Shown: positions 17,460-28,048 of the stretch, one piece after another
Position numbering within the stretch: position 1 is the stretch's first letter
Layout: the number at the start of each line of letters is the position of its first letter
NCBI GenBank assembly: GCA_027036135.1
Contig: JALVSY010000007.1
Location: 772,880-836,879, forward strand
DNA: 64,000 bases
Reading direction: 5' to 3'
Source: Pyrodictiaceae archaeon
GTDB taxonomy: Archaea > Thermoproteota > Thermoprotei_A > Sulfolobales > Pyrodictiaceae
The notes under the pieces: generated by a model
What the model saw: the letters and a program-made list of their open reading frames with translations, nothing else
What the model was told of the DNA's origin: nothing
Databases searched by the model: none
Translations under genes and position numbers: made by a program

Positions 17460-18422
17460 TTGTTCGTTGTAAGAGCCGTTGTTACTGAGCTAGAGGTGAA
17501 GGGAGTATACCGGGCAGAGAGCAGAGGCTCTGGGCTTGATGCGTGGCTCGGCAGCCCTAGTAGTGGCAGGGTCTCTGTAAAGCTCCACGTTATGAAACTG
17601 AGAAAGTTGGGGCTCCTTGTGCAGAACCTACCAGAAGAACATGTACACGTTGTATGGGAGCCTCTTCTCCGCATAGAGCACGTCGGGGAAGCTATATGCA
17701 GGTTTCATGAAGGGCCTTGGGAGAGGCCGGAGGAGCATCGCTATTGTACTCGGAGAGCTACTACACGAGAAGGCTACTGCGAGCTTCATAAGAGGAGCTG
17801 GCGCGCTCTCTACGAGAAATGTGCGCAGGGCATTGACTCTGCTTGTTTATCAGTAGCCCCTCTTCTCCGGGGCTACGAGTTCATAGTCTATGTGCTTGAT
17901 TACGGGGGCTCCGTGGCTAAAGCGGGGCTAACACAGAGCTGGCGACTATTGTGGCGCGTAAGCGAGCAGCCCCACGTGGCAGCCGCCGCGGTTTTCCGCG
18001 GAGAACTACTCGAGGCTAGGGAATTGGAGAAGAAGCTGGGAAGGAGCCCAGCTGCCACAGAGGGAGCTGCTGCTCGCCTGAACAAGCGTCTAGAGAGCGC
18101 TATAGTCACCCTGCGCCGAGGACTTAGAAGCCCCGAGAAAATAGCTGCTAGGCTCGCTTCTATGCTCCAGAGGCTGGGCTTTAGCGGAGAATTTGAGGCA
18201 TACACGGTGCTACCCCGTAGCGGCATCCCCCAATGGGTTCTCGAGAACCGACACGCCTCACTAGGCGATGTAATAGGAGAGAAGATACGTATCCGCGATT
18301 ACTGGGCTGGCTTTCTCCTCGTAGAAACAGAGGACACGAGACTTATCATGCATAAGTCTGATATACAGCACTTAGCCCTTGGAGGAGTAATCGTGCCCGG
18401 AGAGGTAAGTGAGAGCAAATAG
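17460..18422 (+). CDS. DUF2797-like Cys/His-rich hypothetical protein
   Basis: N-terminal C..H/C...C..H clusters followed by VYVL...KAGLT...R..EQ, the pattern seen in DUF2797. Confidence 0.6.
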   Translation: MFVVRAVVTELEVKGVYRAESRGSGLDAWLGSPSSGRVSVKLHVMKLRKLGLLVQNLPEEHVHVVWEPLLRIEHVGEAICRFHEGPWERPEEHRYCTRRATTREGYCELHKRSWRALYEKCAQGIDSACLSVAPLLRGYEFIVYVLDYGGSVAKAGLTQSWRLLWRVSEQPHVAAAAVFRGELLEARELEKKLGRSPAATEGAAARLNKRLESAIVTLRRGLRSPEKIAARLASMLQRLGFSGEFEAYTVLPRSGIPQWVLENRHASLGDVIGEKIRIRDYWAGFLLVETEDTRLIMHKSDIQHLALGGVIVPGEVSESK

Positions 18423-18482
18423 AGCCGCCTTCATGATTAGTTAAGAGGGGGCTAGCCCAGTTCACGGCTAGAAGGGAGTACT

Positions 18483-19352
18483 TTGGAGGACATGCTCACT
18501 CGGAGAAGCCTCGAGGATCTCCGCAGACTTGTTGCCCGGGTTGCGGGCGAGGCTGCGGCTTATCTAAGGGACCGCTTCGGGCTCGAAGAGTTCCTTGAGA
18601 CCAAGGGCATCCATAGCTATGATACTGATGAGAGCATGGTGATAGACTGCGAGAGCGAGAACAACGTCATAGAGCTACTCCGCTTAGAGGGCTTCCGAGG
18701 CATCTTCGTCGGAGAGGAGCACGGAGTCGTCAAGCTAGGCGATGACCCCTTTGTCGCTGTGGTAGACCCGCTCGATGGTAGTAAGAACTATGCGAGCCTC
18801 GTGCCATGGAGCGCTGTTAGCATAGCCATTGCCCCACTACCCGGGGATCGGGAACCAGTTCTCCGCGACGTGGTTGCTGGAGCTATAGCCCCTATACCTG
18901 GGATGCCTATCCTTAGCTTCGCAAGAGGGCTGGGCGCCTTTGAAGGGGGAGCAAGAGTTCACACCAATAACAAGAGGAAGAGACTTGTATTAGCGTACGT
19001 TGAGACCCTTGATCAAGCGAGGGTGGTTCACAGCTATCTTATGCTAAGGAATAGTAGGATGAGCGTACGTGCTCTCGGCAGTGCTAGTCTCGAAATAGCC
19101 TGGGTCGGTATGGGGCGCGCCGATGTCTTCATAGATGTCAGGGGTAGGCTAAGGATAGTTGACGTGGCCGCATCAGTATGGTTCGCCAAGGAGGCAGGAG
19201 CGATAGTAGCTATCGAGAACCCTGAGGCAAGGCTTACGGGCGTCGAGAGAGTAGGTAGTGTATTAGCGTCGTCTAGCCGGGAGTCCTGGAACGTGCTTGT
19301 AAAGGCGCTTGAGGAGACAGGGTTCCACGAACTCGCGGAGAGAACACTATAG
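18483..19352 (+). CDS. Inositol monophosphatase / FBPase family protein
   Basis: GEE, VVDPLDGSKNY, RALGSASLE, DVAAS. Confidence 0.9.
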   Translation: MEDMLTRRSLEDLRRLVARVAGEAAAYLRDRFGLEEFLETKGIHSYDTDESMVIDCESENNVIELLRLEGFRGIFVGEEHGVVKLGDDPFVAVVDPLDGSKNYASLVPWSAVSIAIAPLPGDREPVLRDVVAGAIAPIPGMPILSFARGLGAFEGGARVHTNNKRKRLVLAYVETLDQARVVHSYLMLRNSRMSVRALGSASLEIAWVGMGRADVFIDVRGRLRIVDVAASVWFAKEAGAIVAIENPEARLTGVERVGSVLASSSRESWNVLVKALEETGFHELAERTL

Positions 19353-19444
19353 CTCAGCAAGACACAGAGCCCCCATAGATGCCACGACCAAGTCCGAGTC
19401 ATCGTCTTTCCTTAATAGGATTCATTTCATGAATTCCTGGGTCG

Positions 19445-20452
19445 TTGAGCGTCTTGGCGAGGCTAAGGGACGCAGGGGAGAAGCAGGTCCTTAAAAGACT
19501 CGAGAAACTATTGTCTATGCAGTGGCTATGTACCAGTCTTAGCCCAGGCGATGACGCTGTCTGCGCCGGAGAGGGCCATGAAGACTTGTTGGTAAAGATT
19601 GACGGAGGCTCAGTAGCTTCTAGCCTAGCTCCTTGGATGAGCTACGCGGATCTTGGCTGGCAATGGGTCACCGCCACCGCTAGTGACTTGGTAGCGAAGG
19701 CCGCTAAGCCACTAGTCTTCCTAGTATCTGTTGGACTGAGCCCAGAGGAGCCAGAGGAGCACCTCTACGAGATCGTGAAGGGAGCTATGGAGGCTGCTAG
19801 AAGGCATGGCGCGTGGCTAGGCGGAGGCGACACTAATGGCTCCTATGGCGCTGGCTGGGTAGATGTAGCTGGGATCGGCAAGGCTGTTCGACTACCCCTG
19901 CCTGGTAGGAGAGCTAGGCCCAGCGACCAAGTCTACGTAACCACTGGTAGGCTTGGATTGAGCGGAATTGCGCTTCACTCCCTCCTCCACGGCAACTGGG
20001 CTGAGGCAAAGAAATCATTCCCAGAGGCCTTCTCCGAGTTCACAAGGCCCTTGGCTAGGCTCGGCTTCCTCGAGCTATATCGCGCCCTGGGTCATGAATG
20101 CGTAACAGCATCCCTGGATATTAGCGACGGGCTAGCTGAGACACTATACCAGCTCTCCGAGGCAACAGGGCGCGTAATAGTACTTGACAACTTGCCCGAG
20201 ATAAGCATTGCAGCTGAGTATGCACGGCTCTATAGAATCAGTTACTCAGAGCTATTGCTTTACGGTGGCCAAGAATACGAACTCGTATTCACAGTGAGCC
20301 CGGAATGCAAGGATAATGTCGAAACCGTGTCTAGGCAAGTAGGGTTAGAGATAACCAGAATAGGGCACGTAACGAGAATCGAGGATGTTGGTGTAAAGCT
20401 AGGGAATAGAATTGTTGAGAGAAGGGGCTGGGATAACTTCGCCAGAGCTTAG
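19445..20452 (+). CDS. thiL: Thiamine-monophosphate kinase
   Basis: GDDA, SDLVAKAA, GGGDT, DISDGL, GGQEYELVFT, GWDNF. Confidence 0.92.
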   Translation: MSVLARLRDAGEKQVLKRLEKLLSMQWLCTSLSPGDDAVCAGEGHEDLLVKIDGGSVASSLAPWMSYADLGWQWVTATASDLVAKAAKPLVFLVSVGLSPEEPEEHLYEIVKGAMEAARRHGAWLGGGDTNGSYGAGWVDVAGIGKAVRLPLPGRRARPSDQVYVTTGRLGLSGIALHSLLHGNWAEAKKSFPEAFSEFTRPLARLGFLELYRALGHECVTASLDISDGLAETLYQLSEATGRVIVLDNLPEISIAAEYARLYRISYSELLLYGGQEYELVFTVSPECKDNVETVSRQVGLEITRIGHVTRIEDVGVKLGNRIVERRGWDNFARA

Positions 20453-20720
20453 AGCACCAACTACGAGGAGGAAGGCTTACAAAATATTACCATGACTTAT
20501 TATCTCTAAGAGGCCGGCCTCGTCACATTTATCACGTGTTAATCGGATTAGGGTAATCCAGTACTACTAGTAGGTAGTACTAAAACCATAGGGATGGAAT
20601 GAGAAGTATCGTTAACTCGACTGATGAAAAAGTAGTACTGTTCCCACCGCTGGACTACCAACCCTATACAATAGAGCTAGTTAACTCAGACTAGACTAGA
20701 GACCCGGGTGGTCTTCTCTC

Positions 20721-21053
20721 ATGCCTATTGTGTATAGGTGTCATCGTTGCGGCTTCATACTACATGTCTTTGTTAGAGTTGGGCAGAATAGTTACGGCGT
20801 ACCCACTCCCAGCGAGCTAGCAAGCCAGTTTGGAGGAATATGTCCTCGCTGTGGAGCACCGCTCGGGAAGCCGACCTTAAACGATATAATAATTAAGCCA
20901 AATGGAGCCGAAGAACTAAGACGTGTACTCGAGGAGGCAAAGCAGATAATGAGGATAAGCTTCAGGAGCTTGGAGAAATACTTGTACGAGACCAGAGTGC
21001 CGAGCGTTGAAGCCCCGTCATCGAGCACTGCGACGGCTCACGCAGAGACCTAG
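20721..21053 (+). CDS. Small zinc-ribbon protein
   Basis: CHRCG ... CPRCG Cys pairs; SD GGGTGG. Confidence 0.75.
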   Translation: MPIVYRCHRCGFILHVFVRVGQNSYGVPTPSELASQFGGICPRCGAPLGKPTLNDIIIKPNGAEELRRVLEEAKQIMRISFRSLEKYLYETRVPSVEAPSSSTATAHAET

Positions 21054-21232
21054 CAACGAAAGCGTATGGAGGATCTTCATTACCTGGTTTGGTCGTTCTC
21101 ATTAGAGGTGTTTGAGGTATTTTTGCCACGATATTTCCTATTCTATTGGCTGCTTGTTGCGCTAGGCAAGACTGTATGAGCCATTGTTCTTTTATCTGAT
21201 TGCTCTTCCCTGCTGCCACGGGATAACAGGGT

Positions 21233-21868
21233 ATGCTGGCCAGGGATGCTCCACCACTCTATGAGCTCAGGAAGAGCCTAGTTGATGCTATGCGTATTCT
21301 CCACGAACGCGGCTTAATCAATATACGCGGCGGCAATGCTAGCGCTATTTACAAGTTCTCTAAGGGCTTTGCCTTCATCTACATAACCCCTAGTGGCGCG
21401 ATTAAGCCGCTTATGAGGCCCGAGGATATAGCTGTCATAGATCTCGACGGTAATGTCTATGAGGGAAAGCCTAGTAGCGAGTACCGCTTACACATAGCTA
21501 TTTACCGTGAAAGAGAGGATGCTAGAGCAATTGTTCACGCTCATAACCCGCTTACAGTGCTAGCTAGGCGCCTAGGCTTAGAACTCAGCCCAAGACTCCT
21601 AGGCGTAGAGGCTAGGTACTACCTCGGAGACTGCATAGCTATAGTCCCAGAAGCTGAGCCCGGCACATGGGAGCTAGCGGAGAAAGCCGCTAAGGCTCTT
21701 GCTAAGAGAGAGTGCAACATTGCTGTACTAGAGGGACACGGAGCAGTAGCCATAGGAGCCAATAATGACCCCATTCAAGCTGTTTACGAGGCTGTTGACA
21801 GGATAGAAGCATTAGAGGATCTCGCGAGAGCTACTCTGCTTCACAACCTGCTACGCCACGAGAAATGA
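21233..21868 (+). CDS. Class II aldolase/adducin family protein
   Basis: GGNAS, ITPSG, KPSSEYRLH, VHAH, GHG. Confidence 0.9.
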   Translation: MLARDAPPLYELRKSLVDAMRILHERGLINIRGGNASAIYKFSKGFAFIYITPSGAIKPLMRPEDIAVIDLDGNVYEGKPSSEYRLHIAIYREREDARAIVHAHNPLTVLARRLGLELSPRLLGVEARYYLGDCIAIVPEAEPGTWELAEKAAKALAKRECNIAVLEGHGAVAIGANNDPIQAVYEAVDRIEALEDLARATLLHNLLRHEK

Positions 21869-21872
21869 GTAC

Positions 21873-22736
21873 TTAGCCATCTCGGCGATGCCTCGGAGGA
21901 TAAGCCGTCAAGGCTAACCAGGCACCACTCACCGACAAAAGCATGCCCGGGATACTAGCTAATGGTGGTCTCTCCCTAAGCAATAACCAGCCGAGCAGGC
22001 TGGCGCCATAGGGCTCGAGGAGAGCCACCCCGGTTACAACTGCAGCAGGATAATACCCAAGAGCATAATTCATCATACTGTGCCCCATGAGCATCGGCAC
22101 TAAGCCCAAGAGCACCAAGTACGGGACACTAGGGCTAGGCGGGCTCCAGGGCTCAAGCCCGAGTAGAGGAGCCGTCATGGATAGTACTAGAAATGCGGCG
22201 AGATAGGCCGCACTAGTATACTCTAGAGTAGAGGCTCCCCTGAGCCTTAGCCAACGCCCTATGAGGAAATATATAGACGCAAATACGGCCGCCAAGAACG
22301 AGAGCAATGCTCCGAGAAGCGTCGCCCCAGCCCAAGGAGTTGATAGAATAGCCACTCCCAGGAAGCCGAGAATAACGCCCAGAAGGCCTCGAAGACTAAT
22401 ATTCTTCGCGACAACTGATTCATAAATACCAATTATAACGGGATAAGAGACAACTATACCAGTAGACGAAGCTATGCTCATATGCCTGAGGCTCTCAAGC
22501 CAGAAAGCCAAGTGAAGAGCAAGAAAGACTCCACTAGGGACACTTCTCAGCACTAGCCACAGCGAAGGAAGCTGCCTAGCTAGGATAGCAAACAATATCG
22601 TCACTAGGCTACCAATAAGTAAACGCCACCAAGCCGCGGTAAACCCATCAACACCAGCAAGCTTGGCCAACGGTGCAGCAAAAGAGATACCTACAAACGC
22701 GATAACAATTGCTAACGAGGGCGGAAGACTACGCAT
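21873..22736 (-). CDS. DMT/EamA family transporter
   Basis: ~10 TM helices in two EamA repeats; LLEPYGASLLGWLLLRE. Confidence 0.9.
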   Translation of the reverse strand: MRSLPPSLAIVIAFVGISFAAPLAKLAGVDGFTAAWWRLLIGSLVTILFAILARQLPSLWLVLRSVPSGVFLALHLAFWLESLRHMSIASSTGIVVSYPVIIGIYESVVAKNISLRGLLGVILGFLGVAILSTPWAGATLLGALLSFLAAVFASIYFLIGRWLRLRGASTLEYTSAAYLAAFLVLSMTAPLLGLEPWSPPSPSVPYLVLLGLVPMLMGHSMMNYALGYYPAAVVTGVALLEPYGASLLGWLLLRERPPLASIPGMLLSVSGAWLALTAYPPRHRRDG

Positions 22737-22913
22737 CTGATATACACCCTACAAACATGATTCAAGTCTCCAAGATAAATGAAAACGCCATAAAAGTCGC
22801 TAATGAGGATGCATATCCCCCGGGAGAGTGGGGCGTAGAGTTAATATTAGGGAATGCACTATAACCCTATTCGAGGAAAGCAAGAGTGCTACCTATGAGA
22901 GGTAGAGTTACCC

Positions 22914-23276
22914 ATGCTTCCGCTCCACTACGCTGTCTATAGGGCTCAGTTTGACTTCCTCAACGGGTTTGAGTGGATAATACTACTGTTCATAATACTG
23001 CTAATATTTGGTCCATCAAAGATACCCCAGTTAGCGAGAGGACTAGGACAAGCAATACACGAATTCCGTAAAGCATCACAGGGACTCATAGAGGAAGATG
23101 AGAAAAAGACAAAGAGCAATCTGGAAAACGTTGATGAGAAAACACTACGTGAGCTTGCGGAAAAGCTTGGCGTAGACAAACCCGAGGAAAAGAAAAAGGA
23201 CGAACTTATATCAGAGATAATTGCTCAGGCAAAGAAGAAGGGACTTATATCAGATGTAAAGATTAGGACTAATTAA
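22914..23276 (+). CDS. tatA: Twin-arginine translocase TatA/B subunit
   Basis: EWIILLFIILLIFGPSKIPQLARGLGQAIHEFRKA. Confidence 0.92.
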   Translation: MLPLHYAVYRAQFDFLNGFEWIILLFIILLIFGPSKIPQLARGLGQAIHEFRKASQGLIEEDEKKTKSNLENVDEKTLRELAEKLGVDKPEEKKKDELISEIIAQAKKKGLISDVKIRTN

Positions 23277-23428
23277 GAATTAAAGACCTACTAGGCTGTT
23301 GGTGAAAATTCAGCGATCTTTCCTCCATTAAGGTTTTGAAATAACACGAATAGGAGCTGGTTTGTTCGAGAAGCCAGTGGGAGTTAGTGAGGAGCGGTTC
23401 TCAGAGAGCCTAGCGCCGGTGGTGAGGA

Positions 23429-24283
23429 ATGAGCGAGAGTTCACCGAATGATAAAGAAGCGACTATATGGGAACATCTAGAAGAACTTATTATTAGGCTT
23501 CGCCGCATAGTAATAGCGTTCATTATAGCCACTGCTATACTGTCAGCTCTGCCCGCTGGGTTCGAGGGTGGAAAACTTTATACTCCTTTAATAACAGTCT
23601 TTCCCCGCATCATTTTCCGACGCGTAATACCGCCACGCATAACTGCTTTTAACGGTAAAACGTATACAGTAGTAGTAATGCCGGGCTCGGAGTTCGAGTC
23701 AATAGAGATATTATCTTATTCTGCAGCCCTGTTGGGAATGATAGGTGCTGCACCCGTAGCCGCTAAGGAGATATGGGAATACATCGAGCCTGCACTTTAC
23801 CCCCATGAAAAGCAATTTATGAAACGCTATGTTGCTCTATTTACTGTGGCATTTATATTAGGTGTCATCTTTGCTATTAACGTAGTTGCACCACTCATAT
23901 ATCTAATGATGTACAAGCTCTATCCCTTATTCGTGCCAAATGGATATACAACTCTAATCAAGGTTGAGATAAGTAGAGTCGTCCTCTTTACACTTGAATT
24001 GGCTCTAGCCTTTGGCTTGCTCTTTGAGATACCCATAGTAATATACCTACTTCTTGCACATGGCATCCTTGACCCAGATATATTCACACCAACAATGATG
24101 AAATATATATTCTTAGGCGCGATGATAGTTGGTGCAATAATATCACCGGATCCCTCAGGACTTGGCATGACTCTTATAGGACTAAGCTTGTACCTTCCTC
24201 TCCACATAGCTGTTCATCTCGGTAAGAAGCGAGCGATAGAGCGTAAAACTCTAGAACAGATTAAAGCACTAGTGGAGAGCTGA
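23429..24283 (+). CDS. tatC: Twin-arginine translocase TatC subunit
   Basis: WEHLEELIIRL, PALYPHEK, FGLLFEIP, AIISPDP. Confidence 0.93.
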   Translation: MSESSPNDKEATIWEHLEELIIRLRRIVIAFIIATAILSALPAGFEGGKLYTPLITVFPRIIFRRVIPPRITAFNGKTYTVVVMPGSEFESIEILSYSAALLGMIGAAPVAAKEIWEYIEPALYPHEKQFMKRYVALFTVAFILGVIFAINVVAPLIYLMMYKLYPLFVPNGYTTLIKVEISRVVLFTLELALAFGLLFEIPIVIYLLLAHGILDPDIFTPTMMKYIFLGAMIVGAIISPDPSGLGMTLIGLSLYLPLHIAVHLGKKRAIERKTLEQIKALVES

Positions 24284-24329
24284 CAAAAATGTCGCAGTGA
24301 TTTCATGCTCGATACCAATATAAGCGGGT

Positions 24330-24337
24330 TTTATATA
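24330..24337 (+). promoter_or_regulatory. TATA box (TTTATATA) for htpX
   Basis: ~40 nt upstream of ATG 24377, which has a G-rich SD. Confidence 0.55.
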
Positions 24338-24376
24338 ATCCCTCGGCCCAGGAGATACCAGGATAATAGGGGGGTT

Positions 24377-25492
24377 ATGATGTTGTTCTGGTTCTTTTAT
24401 GATCCCTTGACGATGATGGCGTTGATGATAGCGTATATTGTTGGCTTCGTAGCGTTACAGTTCATAGCCATGAAGATAGCGCCTCGTGTCGCTGCTAGTC
24501 TTGCTGGCCGTATGAGTCTCTACACCGCGATGCTTCTAACAGCTCTACTGGTTATCGGCGGCGGTACATTAACCGCTTATGCTCTCTACGCCGCCGCAGC
24601 TGCTTATGGTTATCACTTGTACGTGGAGTGGCTACTAGGGTTCTTGCTGGTTATGAGCCTTATTAGCTACGTGTTCGCACCATGGATGATAAACCTGGCT
24701 TACCGTGCAAAACCGAGCCCCGAGCTACAAGAGATAGTCAATGAAGCTGCTGAGAGAGCAGGGATGCAGAGACCCCCTAGAGCCGTGATTGTTGAAGGCC
24801 CACCGAATGCGTTCGCCTATGGCAACTTCCTAGCAGGACGCTATGTTGCTGTTTCTCGCTCTCTCTACGAGATGCTTAGCCGAGACGAGTTACTGGGTGT
24901 AGTAGGGCACGAACTAGGGCACCATAAGCACCGCGACACAGTTATAATAATGCTGCTAGGCCTAGTCCCAAGCCTACTATACTATATGGGTGTATTCCTC
25001 ATAAGGGCCGGTCTATGGGGCTCAGTGAGCAGCGATCGCGAGGAGGGTAATAGTGGTCTTGTACTAGCAGCTCTCGGTATACTCGGGGTAATAGTTAGCT
25101 TCGTTATGCAGGTAGCTGTTCTAGCCTTTAGCAGGCTCCGCGAGTACTACGCTGATGCCCATGGAGCCTTCGTGGCAGGTGTTAAGCCTATGCAGAGAGC
25201 ACTGGCGAAGCTACACCTCTACTACTCGACACCAAGAGGCCAGCAACGCCTACAAGAGCTTCATAAGAGTAGCATTAAGGCGCTCTTCATATATGCATTC
25301 ACATCAGCGTTGGCAAATCCGTTCTACGAGCCAAGCTGGGGTAAAAGAGAATTCTACGATATCGATAGAGTTGTTGAAGAGCTAAAGAGAGCCAAAGTCG
25401 ATCCCTCAGAGGAGATATTCAGTGATCATCCGCCAATACCTAAGAGGCTAAGGTTTCTTGACCAACTCGAGACAATCAACATAAGGCCCTAG
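24377..25492 (+). CDS. htpX: HtpX-like M48 membrane zinc metalloprotease
   Basis: PNAFA, HELGH, SRLREYYAD, HPP. Start moved to ATG 24377. Confidence 0.92.
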   Translation: MMLFWFFYDPLTMMALMIAYIVGFVALQFIAMKIAPRVAASLAGRMSLYTAMLLTALLVIGGGTLTAYALYAAAAAYGYHLYVEWLLGFLLVMSLISYVFAPWMINLAYRAKPSPELQEIVNEAAERAGMQRPPRAVIVEGPPNAFAYGNFLAGRYVAVSRSLYEMLSRDELLGVVGHELGHHKHRDTVIIMLLGLVPSLLYYMGVFLIRAGLWGSVSSDREEGNSGLVLAALGILGVIVSFVMQVAVLAFSRLREYYADAHGAFVAGVKPMQRALAKLHLYYSTPRGQQRLQELHKSSIKALFIYAFTSALANPFYEPSWGKREFYDIDRVVEELKRAKVDPSEEIFSDHPPIPKRLRFLDQLETINIRP

Positions 25493-25506
25493 AATAACCA
25501 ATATAT

Positions 25507-25530
25507 CGAGTTTTTCTGTTTTTCTCGCTC
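25507..25530 (+). terminator. Oligo-T terminator after htpX
   Basis: GTTTTTCTGTTTTTCTC shortly after the stop codon. Confidence 0.5.
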
Positions 25531-25714
25531 GTTCTACATATATATGGCGTCTACACAATTTCTTCAATATTGATCGTAATTTATGCAAGGCCTTAAGCTC
25601 TCTAAGTACTTTTGTTTCCCGGTATTTTGCGAGTATTTAGTCTTCCAGTGAGCGTCACGAGGCTTGCGTGTTAGATAGTGTTACCATTACCTAGTATATT
25701 GTGGGGCTCTACAC

Positions 25715-26005
25715 TTGGCTCACCAAGTTATTGGAAAGCAGAGCGATTCTAAGCCGAGGTACTTGGGACTAGCTGTTGCTATAGAGCGTGTGCTAAGGGA
25801 GCTAGGAGGAAGAGCAGAGCTCGATACAGTGCTTGCCAGGGTGTGGAGCAGGTATGTCACAAGTAGTAACGGCGAGCGTGTTGTCATGAGGCTCTATCAC
25901 CACCCGAGCGGCGAGCTCTGGAGCCCGGATGCGGAGGAGGCCCTTCGCGTGCTGGAGGCAGCTGGGATAATTAAGCGAAAGGGGCGCATGCTTATCATAG
26001 AGTAG
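25715..26005 (+). CDS. Small hypothetical protein, winged-helix-like
   Basis: Helix pattern ending EEALRVLEAAGIIKRKG suggests a wHTH. Confidence 0.6.
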   Translation: MAHQVIGKQSDSKPRYLGLAVAIERVLRELGGRAELDTVLARVWSRYVTSSNGERVVMRLYHHPSGELWSPDAEEALRVLEAAGIIKRKGRMLIIE

Positions 26006-26036
26006 CTTGACCCATGACGGAACATCATCATTGCTA

Positions 26037-27563
26037 TTATTTTCTTTGTTCTCTTAGCGCCTCCCTACGTAGGTCATCTAGTATACTTATTGCTTTCTTT
26101 GCCACGCTCTCTAGGCTTGGCTGTGAGAATACGACTATTCGGTAGAGGCTTAGCTCTGCTAGTGTTTGTAGCCTTCTTAGCTCTGGGCCTCCCCCCTCCT
26201 TTACGTTTTCTAGTGTTGCTATAGTATTAGCTGAGCGGTTATAGACCCCGAGCCTACTGAGACTAATAACATCAACTCTAAGCGGCCTCACCATTAGCAA
26301 CGGGTACTGGTCTTGTAGCTCGAGTAACTCGTCGAGTAGCGGCTTAGCCCATGAAGGCGCATAGCCCTCATATAGGTAGCCCGTGTAGAGTCCCCAGAGC
26401 TTCTTGTCCTCTACTACATGGTATATTCTTGGGTGCTTGCGCTCAATCAGCATCGTGGCTAATTGTCGCGCCTCGCTTGACGCCTTATACCTTGAGTTAT
26501 AGACTCCTCTTATGAGCCAATTCATAGCGGTATCGTCGAGGGTTTTCCAGGTCTCGAGTGCCCAGTCTTTTTCCTCCTCAATGCTCTTAGGTGTTGGTAT
26601 ATCCATTTCGCCACTATTGTTCTCTACCGATATTAATCCGTCACGTGCCAGTATGGAGAACAGTCTCGCGTATATAGAGTTATAAGCCTCCACGACTCTG
26701 TGCAGGTATACTTCGCTGAACATATAGAACCTTGCTAGGAGAAATGCCTCTATTATGCTGACACCTTTGTCTAGGACCATTACTTGGCATGCCTTCTTGC
26801 TGACCTCTGCTACTCTTCCACCGCGCTCTAGGAGGAGGGGAGAGGCGAGCATTACTCGGACTAATCTATCAACATCAAATATCCCGTAGCGTACCCCCGC
26901 GTATATACTATCCCTTATTAGGTAATCCATTCTGTCAACATCTAGTCCCCCGGCTATTAATTGGTGGAGAACATTCGCGGCACACTCGCTTCCATAGTCA
27001 AGGGCAAAGGCCTGCGCACCCGAACCCTGTAGTATTAGGCGTAAGTCGTTCGTTACGGAATGGGTGAAGACGGGCTCTACCCCGGCTTCGCTAGCTATGT
27101 CTCCTACTACGCGGAGGAGCGCATAGGTATATGCCTCGTGACGCAATGGGAGACGCTCAAAGCCCTTGATCTTGTATATGAGTCTAGCCTCTGTTATCCC
27201 GACCTCGCTTGAATGACTATACGGTAGATGACCTATATCGTGAACCAGTGCTGCTAGCTGAAAGACCTCCGCTGAGTTAAGCAGCGTATTAGCGAATTCC
27301 CCGCCGCCTGCGCTGCGGAAATAGAGCCTAGTATTAGCTGCTATGAAGTTTATGACTTCTCCCGCGAGGTGGGCTGAGCCGAGGCTATGGTTAAACCTTG
27401 AGTGCTCCATGCCGTGGTAAACCATGTATGCGAAAGCTGTTTGCCGAATAAAGCGCAGCCGCTGCATAATCCAGGAATCGACGACGCGGGCTAACCGGCC
27501 ACATATATCAACATAACCGTGAACAGGGTCTTTGAAGCTCTTGATGCTGGTGCAGATGCGCAC
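26037..27563 (-). CDS. HD-domain phosphohydrolase (dNTP triphosphohydrolase-like)
   Basis: DPVHG, QRLRFIRQ, HSRFNHSLG, HDIGHLPYSH, DVDRMDYLIRDS, VYLHR. Confidence 0.9.
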   Translation of the reverse strand: MRICTSIKSFKDPVHGYVDICGRLARVVDSWIMQRLRFIRQTAFAYMVYHGMEHSRFNHSLGSAHLAGEVINFIAANTRLYFRSAGGGEFANTLLNSAEVFQLAALVHDIGHLPYSHSSEVGITEARLIYKIKGFERLPLRHEAYTYALLRVVGDIASEAGVEPVFTHSVTNDLRLILQGSGAQAFALDYGSECAANVLHQLIAGGLDVDRMDYLIRDSIYAGVRYGIFDVDRLVRVMLASPLLLERGGRVAEVSKKACQVMVLDKGVSIIEAFLLARFYMFSEVYLHRVVEAYNSIYARLFSILARDGLISVENNSGEMDIPTPKSIEEEKDWALETWKTLDDTAMNWLIRGVYNSRYKASSEARQLATMLIERKHPRIYHVVEDKKLWGLYTGYLYEGYAPSWAKPLLDELLELQDQYPLLMVRPLRVDVISLSRLGVYNRSANTIATLENVKEGGGPELRRLQTLAELSLYRIVVFSQPSLESVAKKAISILDDLRREALREQRK

Positions 27564-27757
27564 GCTTTGCCATCCCTCCCATTGATGGCATACAGGGGCA
27601 CGGACTCCTAGGTCTCTCTGTTAGCGATTATACTAGCTACGCGTAATAAGCACATCCATGGACACGTATCACTACACTCATAGCCCGGCTCTTGTAGCGC
27701 TAAGCGGCTCAAATAAATAGGCGCTACTCGCTAGGAACTATGCACGGGGCTTGCGAG

Positions 27758-28048
27758 ATGCCTAAGAAGAGGCAGAATAGGGGAAGACACAAGGGCTCCA
27801 AGGGCAGAACAAGACTGGTACAATGTGATAACTGTGGAAGACTAGTGCCGAGAGACAAGGCTATCTGTATAACAAAAATGTACACACCCATAGACCCACA
27901 GCTAGCACGAGAGCTCGAAAAGAAGGGAGCAATAATAATGAGATACCCCGTTGAGAAATGCTACTGCATAAGCTGCGCCGTACACTACGGCCTAGTCAAA
28001 GTAAGACCCGAGGAAGAGAGAAAGACCATAAAAGGGCCCCTAGTCTAA
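27758..28048 (+). CDS. rps26e: 30S ribosomal protein S26e
   Basis: MPKKRQNRGRHKG, VQCDNCG, PRDKAI, YCISCAVH. Start ATG 27758. Confidence 0.97.
   Translation: MPKKRQNRGRHKGSKGRTRLVQCDNCGRLVPRDKAICITKMYTPIDPQLARELEKKGAIIMRYPVEKCYCISCAVHYGLVKVRPEEERKTIKGPLV

Noticed and set aside
20608-20700. CTGATGA motif suggesting a C box or hammerhead core
   Set aside because: No matching D box at guide distance and no hammerhead stems.
23388-23447. Two GTGAGGA motifs plus CCGA resembling a C/D sRNA
   Set aside because: The second motif is the tatC Shine-Dalgarno and the D box lies in coding sequence; D' spacing is poor.
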